In this document: one piece after another, positions 30,211 to 40,448 of the stretch
Position numbering within the stretch: position 1 is the first letter of the stretch
Layout: each line of letters starts with the position of its first letter
Assembly: GCF_053078305.1 (NCBI RefSeq)
Contig: NZ_CP166875.1
Length of the DNA stretch: 64,000 bases
Source of the DNA: a plasmid
Direction: 5' to 3' (one strand)
The notes under the pieces: generated by a model
What the model was told of the DNA's origin: nothing
Database searches by the model: none
Seen by the model: the letters and a program-made list of their open reading frames with translations, nothing else
Program-made: the position numbers and the translations under genes

Positions 30211-30360
30211 ATGACGAAATATGCCCTTATCGGGTTGCTCGCCGTGTGCGCCACGGTGTTGTGTTTTTCACTGATATTCAGGGAACGGTTATGTGAGCTG
30301 AATATTCACAGGGGAAATACAGTGGTGCAGGTAACTCTGGCCTACGAAGCACGGAAGTAA
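30211..30360 (+). CDS. Hok/Gef-family type I toxin (SrnB/PndA-like)
   Basis: 49-aa peptide with N-terminal TM helix; in-frame upstream leader ORF (from 30154) as in srnB/pnd loci. Confidence 0.8.
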   Translation: MTKYALIGLLAVCATVLCFSLIFRERLCELNIHRGNTVVQVTLAYEARK

Positions 30361-30643
30361 GCTGCCGGGCGGGGACGGAAGTCCCCGCTTTCCGGAAGTG
30401 TGAGGTATTTCAGGGGCAGACACCCGACATGCCAGAAACCGCCGGTCCCGCCCGGGGCCGGCACACAGGTTAAGGCATTTCCTGTTTTTCAGCCATTTCG
30501 CAACAAAAATCACATTAAACAACAGTAATCACCGTTGATTTGTGCGCCAACACAGATCTTCGTCACAATTCTCAAGTCGCTGATTTCAAAAAACTGTAGT
30601 ATCCTCTGCGAAACGATCCCTGTTTGAGAATTGAGGAGGCGAG

Positions 30644-30904
30644 ATGTCGCAGACAGAAAATGCAGTGACTTCCTCATTGAGTCAAAAGCGGTTTGTGCGC
30701 AGAGGTAAGCCTATGACTGACTCTGAGAAACAAATGGCCGCTGTTGCAAGAAAACGTCTTACACACAAAGAGATAAAAGTTTTTGTCAAAAATCCTCTGA
30801 AAGATCTCATGGTTGAGTACTGCGAGAGAGAGGGGATAACACAGGCTCAGTTCGTTGAGAAAATCATCAAAGATGAACTGCAGAGACTGGATATACTAAA
30901 GTAA
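30644..30904 (+). CDS. copB: CopB/RepA2 transcriptional repressor of repA
   Basis: 86 aa, matches remembered R100/R1 CopB; RBS gaggagg. Confidence 0.9.
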
Positions 30905-31024
30905 AGACTTTACTTTGTGGCGTAGCATGCTAGATTACTGATCGTTTAAGGAATTTTGTGGCTGGCCACGCCATAAGGTGGCAGGGAACTGGTTCTGATG
31001 TGGATGTACAGGAGCCAGAAAAGT

Positions 31025-31115
31025 GAAAACCCCGATAATCTTCTTTAACTTTGGCGAGTGAGAAAGATTACCGGGGCCATCTAAAAACCGTATAGCCAAC
31101 AATTCAGCTATGCGG
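31025..31115 (-). ncRNA. copA: CopA antisense RNA (approximate bounds)
   Basis: CopT target motifs recognisable on + strand; exact ends not determinable by eye. Confidence 0.4.
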
Positions 31116-31128
31116 GGAGTATAGTTAT

Positions 31129-31203
31129 ATGCCCGGAAAAGTTCAAGACTTCTTTCTGTGCTCGCTCCTTCTGCGCATTGTAAGTGCAGGATGGTGTGAC
31201 TGA
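31129..31203 (+). CDS. tap: Tap/RepA6 leader peptide coupled to repA1
   Basis: 24-aa peptide [24 protein letters not shown]; stop overlaps repA1 start region. Confidence 0.7.
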
Positions 31204-32053
31204 TCTTCAACAAACGTATTACCGCCAGGTAAAGAACCCGAATCCGGTGTTTACACCCCGTAAAGGTGCCGGAACGCTGAAGTTCTGCGAAAAACTGATG
31301 GAAAAGGCGGTGGGCTTCACCTCCCGTTTTGATTTCGCCATTCATGTGGCGCATGCCCGTTCGCGTGGTCTGCGTCGACGCATGCCACCGGTGCTGCGTC
31401 GACGGGCTATTGATGCGCTGCTGCAGGGGCTGTGTTTCCATTATGACCCGCTGGCCAACCGCGTCCAGTGTTCCATTACCACACTGGCCATTGAGTGCGG
31501 ACTGGCGACAGAGTCCGGTGCAGGAAAACTCTCCATCACCCGGGCCACCCGGGCCCTGACGTTCCTGTCAGAGCTGGGACTGATTACCTACCAGACGGAA
31601 TATGATCCGCTTATCGGGTGCTACATTCCGACCGATATCACGTTCACACCGGCGCTGTTTGCCGCCCTTGATGTGTCTGAGGATGCAGTGGCAGCTGCGC
31701 GCCGCAGCCGTGTGGTATGGGAAAACAGACAGCGCAAAAAGCAGGGGCTGGATACCCTGGGTATGGATGAGCTGATAGCGAAAGCCTGGCGTTTTGTCCG
31801 TGAGCGTTTCCGCAGTTACCAGACAGAGCTTAAGTCCCACGGCATGAAACGTGCCCGTGCGCGCCGCGATGCAGGCAGAACCCGCCAGGACATTGTCACC
31901 CTGGTGAAACGGCAGCTGACGCGTGAAATCGCGGAAGGGCGTTTCCGGGGAAGCCTGGAGGCCGTGAAGCGCGAAATCGACCGTCGTGTGAAGGAACGCA
32001 TGATAATGTCGCGTAACAACAACTACACACGGCTGGCCACTGCCTCCCCCTGA
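31196..32053 (+). CDS. repA1: RepA1 replication initiator (RepFIIA)
   Basis: GTG start at 31196; 285 aa; near-identical to remembered R100 RepA1. Confidence 0.92.
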
Positions 32054-32224
32054 GTTTTACCTCATCTGAATAATCCGGCCTGCGCCGGAGGCATCTGCAC
32101 GCCTGAAGCCTGTCAGCGAACAAAAAAACAGCACCACATACAAAAAACAATCTCATCATCCCGCTTCTGGTGCATCCGGCCCCCCTGTTTTCGATACAAA
32201 ACATGCCTCACTGACGGGGAATTT

Positions 32225-32420
32225 TGCTTATCCACATTTAACTGCAAGGGACTTCCCCATAAAGTTACAACCGTTCATGTCATAAAGCGCCAGCCGCCAG
32301 CCTTACAGGGTGCAATGTATCTTTTAAACACCTGTTTATATCTCCTTTAAACCACTTAACTACATTCATTTAAAAAGAAAACCTATTCACTGCCTGTCCT
32401 GTGGACAGACAGATATGCAC
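32225..32420. other. candidate oriR of the FII replicon
   Basis: DnaA box TTATCCACA at 32228..32236 followed by AT-rich DNA ~170 bp downstream of repA1. Confidence 0.4.
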
Positions 32421-32623
32421 CTCCCACCGCAAGCGGCGGGCCCCGACCGGAGCCACTTTAGTTACAACACTCAGATACAACCACCAGAAAAACCCAAGTC
32501 CCGCGCAGAACTGAAACCACAAAGCCCCTCCTCATAACTGAAAAGCGGCCCCGCCCCGGCCCAAAGGGCCGGAACAGAGTCGCTTTTAATTATGAATGTT
32601 GTAACTATACTCCATCATTGCTG

Positions 32624-32897
32624 TCAGTATTCTGGCTGGAAGTCCTCAGTACACGCTCGTAAGCGGCCCTCACGGCCCGCTAACGCGGAGATACGCCCCG
32701 ACTTCGGGTAAACCCTCGTCGGGACCACTCCGACCGCGCACATAAGCTCTATCATAGCTGACAGCGGGTATGGCTTTGCAGGGTGGGGATGGGTAAGGTG
32801 AAATCTATCAATCAGTACCGGCTTACGCCGGGCTTCGGCGGTTTTACTCCGGTATCACATGTAACCACAGCGTGCCGCCTTACATGCGCTGACGCGC
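32624..32897. repeat. ~270-bp direct repeat, copy 1 (copy 2 at 34506..34779)
   Basis: Long near-identical GC-rich segment with multiple internal palindromes. Confidence 0.85.
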
Positions 32898-32988
32898 ATA
32901 AACAACAAGTTGCTACATTAGCTTACAGGTTAATTCACCTTGCATAAGATTAGCATATAGGTTAATGTTTATCGAAATGGGAGGTCAT

Positions 32989-33318
32989 ATGTTTAGCGTT
33001 GTTTATCACCCGGAAGCCAGGGAAGAAGCCACAGCATTACCCATAAAAATCAGGGTGAAGTTTGACCGTCTCATCAGCAAACTGGAATATGACGCCCGAT
33101 TACTGCGGGAACCGGATACAAAGCCCCTGGGGGATGGACTTTTTGAGATCCGCACGATGGGGACGGACATAGCCAGAGGCATCTGGGTATACCACAAAGG
33201 CAATACCATCATCATGCTCCGGGTTTTCATCAAGAAGTCTCAGAAAACGCCAGCAAAAGAAATCGATCTCGCCAAAAAGCGGTTAGCGGAGGTACTTAAT
33301 GAAACTGGTAAGCCATAA
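32989..33318 (+). CDS. RelE/ParE-superfamily toxin (HigB-like, toxin-first order)
   Basis: ATG at 32989 preceded by gggagg; ~109 aa; overlaps downstream HTH gene. Confidence 0.65.
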   Translation: MFSVVYHPEAREEATALPIKIRVKFDRLISKLEYDARLLREPDTKPLGDGLFEIRTMGTDIARGIWVYHKGNTIIMLRVFIKKSQKTPAKEIDLAKKRLAEVLNETGKP

Positions 33319-33580
33319 AGAACTGCATAACGAGTGGATGCAGGACGACGAATATCGCGCTGCATGGCAGGAAGAAGAACGTAAGGAGAAACTCAGGGAG
33401 TTGCTTGCAGAATGGCGTAAGCATGACAATTTGACAAAAGCGCAGGTTGCTGAACGCATGGGGGTTACTCCTCCTGTTATTTCCCGCCTGGAAAACAACA
33501 TCACTAAAGCCAGCATCGACACCCTGACTCGCTATGCCCATGCGTGCGGTATCAAAAAACCTGTTATTACGCTGTACTGA
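33299..33580 (+). CDS. HTH (XRE-type) antitoxin, HigA-like
   Basis: 93 aa with helix-turn-helix segment. Confidence 0.65.
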   Translation: MKLVSHKELHNEWMQDDEYRAAWQEEERKEKLRELLAEWRKHDNLTKAQVAERMGVTPPVISRLENNITKASIDTLTRYAHACGIKKPVITLY

Positions 33581-33768
33581 ACTCTGCTCTATGGCTGCCA
33601 GTTCTGGAGAAATCAGTAACTAAATTTTAATTAGCTACGTTATGGTAAATCTGCCTGATGTGTCGATTTCTCTGAAAGTAATTCGGCTTCTGTGGGCTGC
33701 GTTTGCCTTGTGCCACCTGAATGTAATCACTATGATTAAATATGATTAACAACTAATCGGATATACAA

Positions 33769-34047
33769 ATGAAAAACAATACCGCACAGGCAACAAAAGT
33801 AATTACCGCGCATGTGCCATTACCTATGGCTGATAAAGTCGACCAGATGGCCGCCAGACTGGAACGCTCCCGGGGCTGGGTTATCAAACAGGCACTTTCT
33901 GCATGGCTTGCCCAGGAGGAGGAGCGTAATCGCCTGACGCTGGAAGCCCTGGACGATGTGATATCCGGACAGATTATCGACCATCAGGCTGTACAGGCCT
34001 GGGCAGACAGCCTCAGTACTGACAATCCGTTACCGGTTCCACGCTGA
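33769..34047 (+). CDS. RHH/CopG-type antitoxin (ParD/RelB-like)
   Basis: 92 aa; one-base overlap with downstream toxin gene. Confidence 0.7.
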   Translation: MKNNTAQATKVITAHVPLPMADKVDQMAARLERSRGWVIKQALSAWLAQEEERNRLTLEALDDVISGQIIDHQAVQAWADSLSTDNPLPVPR

Positions 34048-34322
34048 TGGAACTGAAGTGGACCAGTAAGGCGCTTTCTGATTTGGCGCGGTTATATGAT
34101 TTTCTGGTGCTGGCCAGTAAACCTGCCGCCGCCAGAATGGTACAGTCCCTGATACAGGCACCGGTCATTCTGTTAACTCATCCACGTATGGGAGAACAGT
34201 TGTTTCAGTTTGAACCCAGGGAGGTCAGACGGATTTTTGCTGGCGAGTACGAAATCCGTTACGAACTTAATGGGCTGCGTTTGGGAAACGTACAATATTG
34301 TACGGTTGCGCTATTGCGGTAG
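34047..34322 (+). CDS. RelE/ParE-family toxin
   Basis: 91 aa with RelE/ParE-like C-terminal motifs. Confidence 0.75.
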   Translation: MELKWTSKALSDLARLYDFLVLASKPAAARMVQSLIQAPVILLTHPRMGEQLFQFEPREVRRIFAGEYEIRYELNGLRLGNVQYCTVALLR

Positions 34323-34505
34323 GGTGTACTCCAACGCTATACGGTATTTGGCAGACCTTTAGGGACATGAGATAACCTAAATGCAATAAGAGAAAAGCAA
34401 TAACTTAAAGGCGATAGCTGATCACGATGAATCAATCAGTTACTTATCCGCATCGATTAAAAAATGCTCCTAACGTACAATAATTCCGTTTCCCAAACCG
34501 ACCCC

Positions 34506-34779
34506 TCAGTGTTCTGGCTGGAAGTCCTCAGTACACGCTCGTAAGCGGCCCTGACGGCCCGCTAACGCGGAGATACGCCCCGACTTCGGGTAAACCCTCG
34601 TCGGGACCACTCCGACCGCGCACAGAAGCTCTCTCATGGCTGAAAGCGGGTATGGCTTAACAGGGTGGGAATGGGATAGGCGAAATCTATCAATCAGTAC
34701 CGGCTTACGCCGGGCTTCGGCGGTTTTACTCCGGTATCACATGTAACCACAGCGTACCGCCTTCCATGCCGCTGGCGCG
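34506..34779. repeat. ~270-bp direct repeat, copy 2
   Basis: Near-identical to 32624..32897. Confidence 0.85.
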
Positions 34780-34847
34780 GCATATCATGGTGACGATATC
34801 TGAATCGTTATATACTGTGTATATACGTGGTAATGACGAGGTGATAA

Positions 34848-34940
34848 ATGGCACAGGTTAATATGAGTTTAAGAATCGACGCTGAACTGAAGGATGCTTT
34901 TATGGGGTCAGCCTGGAATTCGGAAAATAAACCACGTTAA
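34848..34940 (+). pseudogene. RelB/DinJ-like antitoxin N-terminal fragment
   Basis: 30-codon ORF MAQVNMSLRIDAELKDAF... resembling the RHH strand of RelB/DinJ, ending prematurely. Confidence 0.35.
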
Positions 34941-35112
34941 GACTATTTTTTAGCCAAATGACTGTCAGGAATCCGGACGGTCGGAACATTTCGTACAGCC
35001 TTTACGTTCAGTGAGTTAGCTGGCCTGGATGTAACCACTCGTTCAACTCAATTCTCTTAGCGTGGGAAAATTTCCGTTTTCCAAGCGGACCCCTAGAAGA
35101 AGGGAAGCGATA

Positions 35113-35529
35113 TCAAGCCCAGGGATTAATAATTGATACTCCGGTTAATTCAAAATCACCAACATTTCTGGTTACAACCGTCATCCCATGTACCAGCGCC
35201 GTTGCTGCGATCAATGCGTCTCGTTCACTGCGCCTGTCGGGAACATGTAAACGAGAACAACGTAATGCAACCGCAGTATCTACAGGAAGTATCTTATCAG
35301 AAAACGCTGGTAACACATGCTGATCCATCCAAGAACGTAGCATAATCCCTTGTCGCATATCTCGACGTTCAACTTGTAATATTCCCTGTTCAAGTTCCAT
35401 TATGGAAATAACAGAAATAAAGAAATCTGCCGCATCTGTATGCAATACCCATTTTGCAACATTATTATCTATACGTCCTGTCCGAGCCTTCCGTAGCTCA
35501 GAGATAACATTAGTATCAAGAATATACAC
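35113..35529 (-). CDS. vapC: VapC PIN-domain toxin (VagD-like)
   Basis: 138 aa, MYILDTNVISE N-terminus typical of PIN domain. Confidence 0.85.
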   Translation of the reverse strand: MYILDTNVISELRKARTGRIDNNVAKWVLHTDAADFFISVISIMELEQGILQVERRDMRQGIMLRSWMDQHVLPAFSDKILPVDTAVALRCSRLHVPDRRSERDALIAATALVHGMTVVTRNVGDFELTGVSIINPWA

Positions 35530-35783
35530 TATAAAAACTCCGCAGGTTTTAAACTAACCGTAATACGAGGCGGTTCAAATTCAACTGCATCAGCATCGGG
35601 CATCGCCAGAATGTCAATGAGAGTTCGTCGTTGTTGCGTCAATTTTCGGTATTCTTCGATACTAAGAAGTACATGTGCGGTTTTACCCCGATCAGTAATA
35701 AATACTGGACCATAATTCGTGGCGCGTTTGGCTCGAGTTACATCTTGATTAAGTTCCCGACTGGATAGGGTTGTAATCTTCAT
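35529..35783 (-). CDS. vapB: VapB antitoxin (VagC-like)
   Basis: Start at MKITTL inside ORF 35529..35843; one-base overlap with vapC. Confidence 0.8.
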   Translation of the reverse strand: MKITTLSSRELNQDVTRAKRATNYGPVFITDRGKTAHVLLSIEEYRKLTQQRRTLIDILAMPDADAVEFEPPRITVSLKPAEFL

Positions 35784-35942
35784 GCTGTTGCCTTTTGATG
35801 TATATAGGTACGTTACTACATTGTAGGGCATGAAATAGTACAATGCAAGAAATGTACTTGATTAGGGGTAGTCTTCGCCGCTTGTTGCTGTCAGATATTA
35901 ATGCTAATGTATGCATACATTAGCATTAATGAGGGATGATAT

Positions 35943-36356
35943 GTGAGAGACAAAACCAGGGAGGCCATGCGGTTTTTTTTAGGCGGCAGGTGTTACACGG
36001 CTGAAAACCTTGAAAAGGATTATCTGGCTGAAGTTGCTAATTACAGTGACGACCGCTGGGAAGCACCCCAACGCGCCGCACGTCTGGCAGCTGCCGTAAA
36101 GCGTTACAAGACATCAGAAATGCTGCGCTTTATTTTTGCTACCACTGCCTACGATCCCGATCCAGATTTAACCCCGCTGACTGTGAGACGTTTGTGCAAG
36201 GCATTGTTCGGCAGAACAGGAAGCCAGTGGCTGGTTGTTGAAGTTTTTGGGGAGAAGGGGCGTCAGCACCGCAGCGCGGACAGCAATCCGGAGATGGTGG
36301 AAAAAGGGGGTTCGCGCCCATTTCCTCTAAAAGTCTCACCTTGCTTAGGTAATTAA
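35943..36356 (+). CDS. hypothetical protein whose 3' end runs into the transposon inverted repeat
   Basis: GTG-initiated ORF; C-terminal ~16 codons are encoded by the Tn left inverted repeat. Confidence 0.25.
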   Translation: MRDKTREAMRFFLGGRCYTAENLEKDYLAEVANYSDDRWEAPQRAARLAAAVKRYKTSEMLRFIFATTAYDPDPDLTPLTVRRLCKALFGRTGSQWLVVEVFGEKGRQHRSADSNPEMVEKGGSRPFPLKVSPCLGN

Positions 36357-36362
36357 TTGAAT

Positions 36363-36944
36363 TTATTTATAAAACGTTGCAATTTTAGCATCATTTTTTA
36401 TTGTTCTTTTTAACCTGAAGTACGTCGATCGAGAGATACCTGTTTTTTCTGTCACACTGCCCAGAGATTCTCCCTGTGATATAAGCTCCAACGCTGTAGG
36501 CGTTCGTGGATGCTTCTTCCTGCCAAATTTTACGCCTGCGGCAAGTGCCGCTATTCTTCCGTCGTTTGTCCGCTCCAGAATACGCTCACGTTCCGCTTCA
36601 GCTACAGCAGCAAGGATTTGGATAACCATTTTGCCCATTGTCCCTTCTGTACTGAGACCGTTCTCCAGGAACCGGATGGCGATCCCCTTTTTGTAACAGC
36701 TATCAACCACACGAATCATGTCAGCAGTGTTACGCCCCAGTCGGTCCATTTTTGTACAGATGATTACGTCGTCTTTCTCTGCACGGGCCAACAACCGCTG
36801 TAGTCCTTCCCGTTCATCAGTTGCGCCAGTCATCATATCCGTAAAAATACGATCTTCCCGTACCCCGGCATTTTTTAGCTCCGAGATTTGATGTGTTAGC
36901 TTCTGATGACTGGTTGATACCCGTGCATACCCCAATAACGCCAT
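36363..36944 (-). CDS. tnpR: serine recombinase / resolvase
   Basis: N-terminal MALLGYARVSTSHQ catalytic motif, C-terminal HTH. Confidence 0.85.
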   Translation of the reverse strand: MALLGYARVSTSHQKLTHQISELKNAGVREDRIFTDMMTGATDEREGLQRLLARAEKDDVIICTKMDRLGRNTADMIRVVDSCYKKGIAIRFLENGLSTEGTMGKMVIQILAAVAEAERERILERTNDGRIAALAAGVKFGRKKHPRTPTALELISQGESLGSVTEKTGISRSTYFRLKRTIKNDAKIATFYK

Positions 36945-37100
36945 TTTTAGTCTCACTTATCGTTTTTGACACTGCATGGTATCATAATGTACAAAATACG
37001 ATTTTTGAAACCTGCTTTTATGCTGTTTTAGACAGGTATCAGATATCTTAATATTTGATACTAGCCATATTTAACAAATATTTAGCATTTTGGTAAATGT

Positions 37101-40100
37101 ATGCAGAAGTACAAGAAAAGAATTAGTATATTAACAAAAAGTGAAATAAATGAATTATATCAAGTCCCCTCTTTTAATCCTGTTGAAAGGGATGAGTTTT
37201 TTTCGCTGGATATCAGCCTTAAAAGAGAAATTGATAAAATAATAAATATAGAAAGCAGGGTGTATCTGATATTAATAACAGGGTATTTCAGATATAAACC
37301 TGTGATTCCTGAATTTACATTAAAAGACGTAAAAAGGGATGTGAAATATATTATCCAGACATATTATAAAAACGAAAGTACTAATCTCAATTTAAACATA
37401 CCTAAAAGTACAAAGTACCGCCTTGTTAAACGAATGCTTTCTACTCTAGGATTTGAACAACTCACCCCATCTATAAAAAATGAGTTAAGTGAACGTCTGA
37501 ATGATGTTGCTACTATATGTATGGAACCAAAATATATTTTTGATGAATTACTTGCTTTTTTAGGACAGCGGCGTATAGCTCTTCCTGGATACAGTACTGT
37601 CCAGAACCTCGTTTCAGATGCTTTAAACTTTGAAAGGAAAAGGACAATTAATATTTTGTCAAAGAGAATTTATCCTGCCACTGCACAAAAGATTACATCC
37701 ATCATCCATGATGATGGAATATTAAATTCCATCAGGGGATATAATTATAGCACGAGAGACTTCTCAGCATCAGAAATAGAAAATGAATTAAGAACTCACA
37801 ATGTGATAAGTAGTATTTACTATGAAATAAAAGATATAATTAATTCATTAGGTATATCCCAGGGAAACATGGAGTACTATGCAACTATCGTAAAACACAG
37901 TACAACATTCAGACTTAAGCGACACCCTAAATGGCAAGGAATACTTTATTTGTGCTGCTACTTGTACTTCAGATACAGAGAGATAAATGATAAAATAATC
38001 ACAGCCTTCAGATATTTAGTAAAAAAACATAAAGACGCTTCAGTTTTGTTTGCAAAAGCTCGGGCAACAGAGGAAATAGATCTAATAAATAAAAAGCTTA
38101 AGTTTGCGAGTAAAATATTTAACTTCTTCGTTGATAGTAACATTGAAGACAGCATCCCTTTTGGATATGTTCGTGAAAAGGTTTTTTCACTTATATCGAA
38201 AGATGATATGCATCTTGTGAGTGAATTTTTTGACAAAAATAAAATCGATGTAATTGAATATCAATGGCAGTATATTGACAGCCATCACCTTAAGATCGCC
38301 AATTCAATCCGAAAGCTTTTTCTGGCTATAGATATAGTATATGACAACGAGAAGTCTGTTATTGGCCAGCAAATTACTGCTGCCAAGGATGATCTCAGAG
38401 GAAAAGGAAAGCTGGATGCTAAGGATCTGAGGGTAATTCATCCATCCGAGAAAAATTACATTGTAAAAGAAGGAGAAATTAACACTCAACGATTCGAATT
38501 TCATATGTACAGCAGGGTATCTAACCATCTGGAAAACGGTGTCTTTTATGCTGCGGAGAGTGAACAAAACAAGAGACTGGAAGATGATCTCATAGAACGA
38601 AGTTACTGGCATAAGAATAAATCGATTTTGATAGAGAAAACAGGCCTTGAACGACTTATCACACCAATAACGCAGACTCTTAATGAGCTGGAGAATACCT
38701 TTAGCGATAAACTGGCTCGTATAACCATTGGAATAAACTCAGATGCTAATGAGTTTGTGAAAAAACAACCACACTCCAACAGATTACAGTGGAGTCTGGC
38801 CAGTAAAAAATGGAAGACCAGCATCGATAATCCGATTTACAATCAGATAAAAAATATCGGAATAGTTGACGTAATGAAGTATGTAAACAATGAGACGAAT
38901 TTTTTGTCTGTGTTTAATGCCATATCATCCAGGAAAAATAATCTTGAAGCTGACTATAATGACCTTCTTGCCTGTATATTTGGTAATGGCGCAAATTATG
39001 GTGTTCACAGAATGGCATCTGCATCAGACCGTAGTATTGGAATACTACGTGATGTGAATGACAAATTCATTCGTCCAGAAACAACAGGAATGGCCAACAC
39101 AGTAATATCTGATGCAATTGCAAATCTTTCTGTATATAAATACTGGACGATAAATGAAGATTCTCCATTTGGAAGTGTTGATGGGCAGAAGCACACTTGC
39201 AGAATAAATACATTTAAAGCCCGTTATTCTGCCAAGTATTTCAGAAAGGGGAAAGGGGTTTCTGCGATGACACTGGTATCTAATCATGTGCCATTATCAA
39301 CTGTGGTAATTTCTCCAAATGAATATGAAGGTCATTTTGCATTTGACTTGTTATATAACAACACCAGTGAAATACAACCAAAGTCATTAGCGACTGACAA
39401 TCATGGTATAAACAACGTTAATTTTGCGATTCTTGACATTTTTGGCTATCAGTTTTCACCACGTTATGCAAAATTCAAGAAAATATTTAATGAATTATTT
39501 GATGTTATACTGGAGAGTGATAAACTCATTATAAAACTTAAAAAACAATTTAACTTTAAGCTCATTGAACATGAATGGGAAAACATCCAACATATTATTT
39601 GTTCTTTAAGCAGAAAAACAACCATTCAAAGTACGGTTGTTAAGAAGTTATCTAATACAAAGCGTAGCAACAAGACATTAGCAGCACTTCGGGAGTATGA
39701 CCGAGTTATAAAATGCATATATGTCCTGGATTATGCTGACAATAAAACCTTAAGGCAATTTGTGCAACAAGCACTGAACAGAGGTGAAGCTTATCATCAA
39801 CTAAGAAGAGCAATAGCATCAGTAAATGGAAATCAATTTCGCGGTGGTAATGACTACCAAATAGATCAATGGAACGACTGTGCGAGGTTAATAGCTAATT
39901 GTGTAATCTATTATAATTCAGCAATATTATCCAGGCTGGTCGAGAAATTTGAAAAAGAAAATAATAAAAAAGCGATAGATGTTCTGGCTAACTTATCCCC
40001 AGTAGCATGGAGACACATTCTCCTTGGAGGGAATTATTCTTTTGAAGATCAAGTTGCGATCACAAATTTGGACAGTCTTTTGGAGGGAGTAGACCCACTA

Positions 40101-40139
40101 AGTGATATCGGAGATATTGAGTCCGAATATGACGGTTAA
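37101..40139 (+). CDS. tnpA: Tn3-family DDE transposase
   Basis: 1012 aa; N- and C-terminal regions consistent with Tn3-family TnpA; low-GC codon usage. Confidence 0.85.
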   Translation: MQKYKKRISILTKSEINELYQVPSFNPVERDEFFSLDISLKREIDKIINIESRVYLILITGYFRYKPVIPEFTLKDVKRDVKYIIQTYYKNESTNLNLNIPKSTKYRLVKRMLSTLGFEQLTPSIKNELSERLNDVATICMEPKYIFDELLAFLGQRRIALPGYSTVQNLVSDALNFERKRTINILSKRIYPATAQKITSIIHDDGILNSIRGYNYSTRDFSASEIENELRTHNVISSIYYEIKDIINSLGISQGNMEYYATIVKHSTTFRLKRHPKWQGILYLCCYLYFRYREINDKIITAFRYLVKKHKDASVLFAKARATEEIDLINKKLKFASKIFNFFVDSNIEDSIPFGYVREKVFSLISKDDMHLVSEFFDKNKIDVIEYQWQYIDSHHLKIANSIRKLFLAIDIVYDNEKSVIGQQITAAKDDLRGKGKLDAKDLRVIHPSEKNYIVKEGEINTQRFEFHMYSRVSNHLENGVFYAAESEQNKRLEDDLIERSYWHKNKSILIEKTGLERLITPITQTLNELENTFSDKLARITIGINSDANEFVKKQPHSNRLQWSLASKKWKTSIDNPIYNQIKNIGIVDVMKYVNNETNFLSVFNAISSRKNNLEADYNDLLACIFGNGANYGVHRMASASDRSIGILRDVNDKFIRPETTGMANTVISDAIANLSVYKYWTINEDSPFGSVDGQKHTCRINTFKARYSAKYFRKGKGVSAMTLVSNHVPLSTVVISPNEYEGHFAFDLLYNNTSEIQPKSLATDNHGINNVNFAILDIFGYQFSPRYAKFKKIFNELFDVILESDKLIIKLKKQFNFKLIEHEWENIQHIICSLSRKTTIQSTVVKKLSNTKRSNKTLAALREYDRVIKCIYVLDYADNKTLRQFVQQALNRGEAYHQLRRAIASVNGNQFRGGNDYQIDQWNDCARLIANCVIYYNSAILSRLVEKFEKENNKKAIDVLANLSPVAWRHILLGGNYSFEDQVAITNLDSLLEGVDPLSDIGDIESEYDG

Positions 40140-40205
40140 CAACATGATAAATAATGGTTTTTATGCTAAGAGTGAGACTTTTGGAGGAAATGGGCGCAGA
40201 ACCCC

Positions 40206-40429
40206 TGTATCTGCCGTTCGGTTTTTGCACGAAGTTTTTCTGAGCTTTTACCGAACTGCATACGTTGCAGTTTCGCAACCAGCGCCTTCAGCCGGTTGAT
40301 TTCGGAAGCATAAGCCGCCACCCGCTGTGAGAGCAGGCGGTTGTATTCAGCCATCTGGCGGATGGTGTCCTGTTGCGTCTGCAACAGTGCCCGCAGGCGG
40401 GCGTTCTCATGAGCAAGTGAGGTGTCCAT
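40206..40429 (-). pseudogene. IS66-family transposase (TnpC), N-terminal fragment only
   Basis: N-terminal coiled-coil region with GKSSEK motif; reading frame continues into the Tn inverted repeat. Confidence 0.7.
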
Positions 40430-40448
40430 ATCCTCACTTTACAACGGG

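Larger units (their letters stand above)
36307..40205. mobile_element. Tn3-family transposon, minimal (tnpR + tnpA, no passenger gene)
   Basis: ~40-bp terminal inverted repeats starting GGGGTTC at 36307 and ending at 40205; divergent resolvase and ~1000-aa transposase; AT-rich relative to flanks; no 5-bp target duplication seen. Confidence 0.8.
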
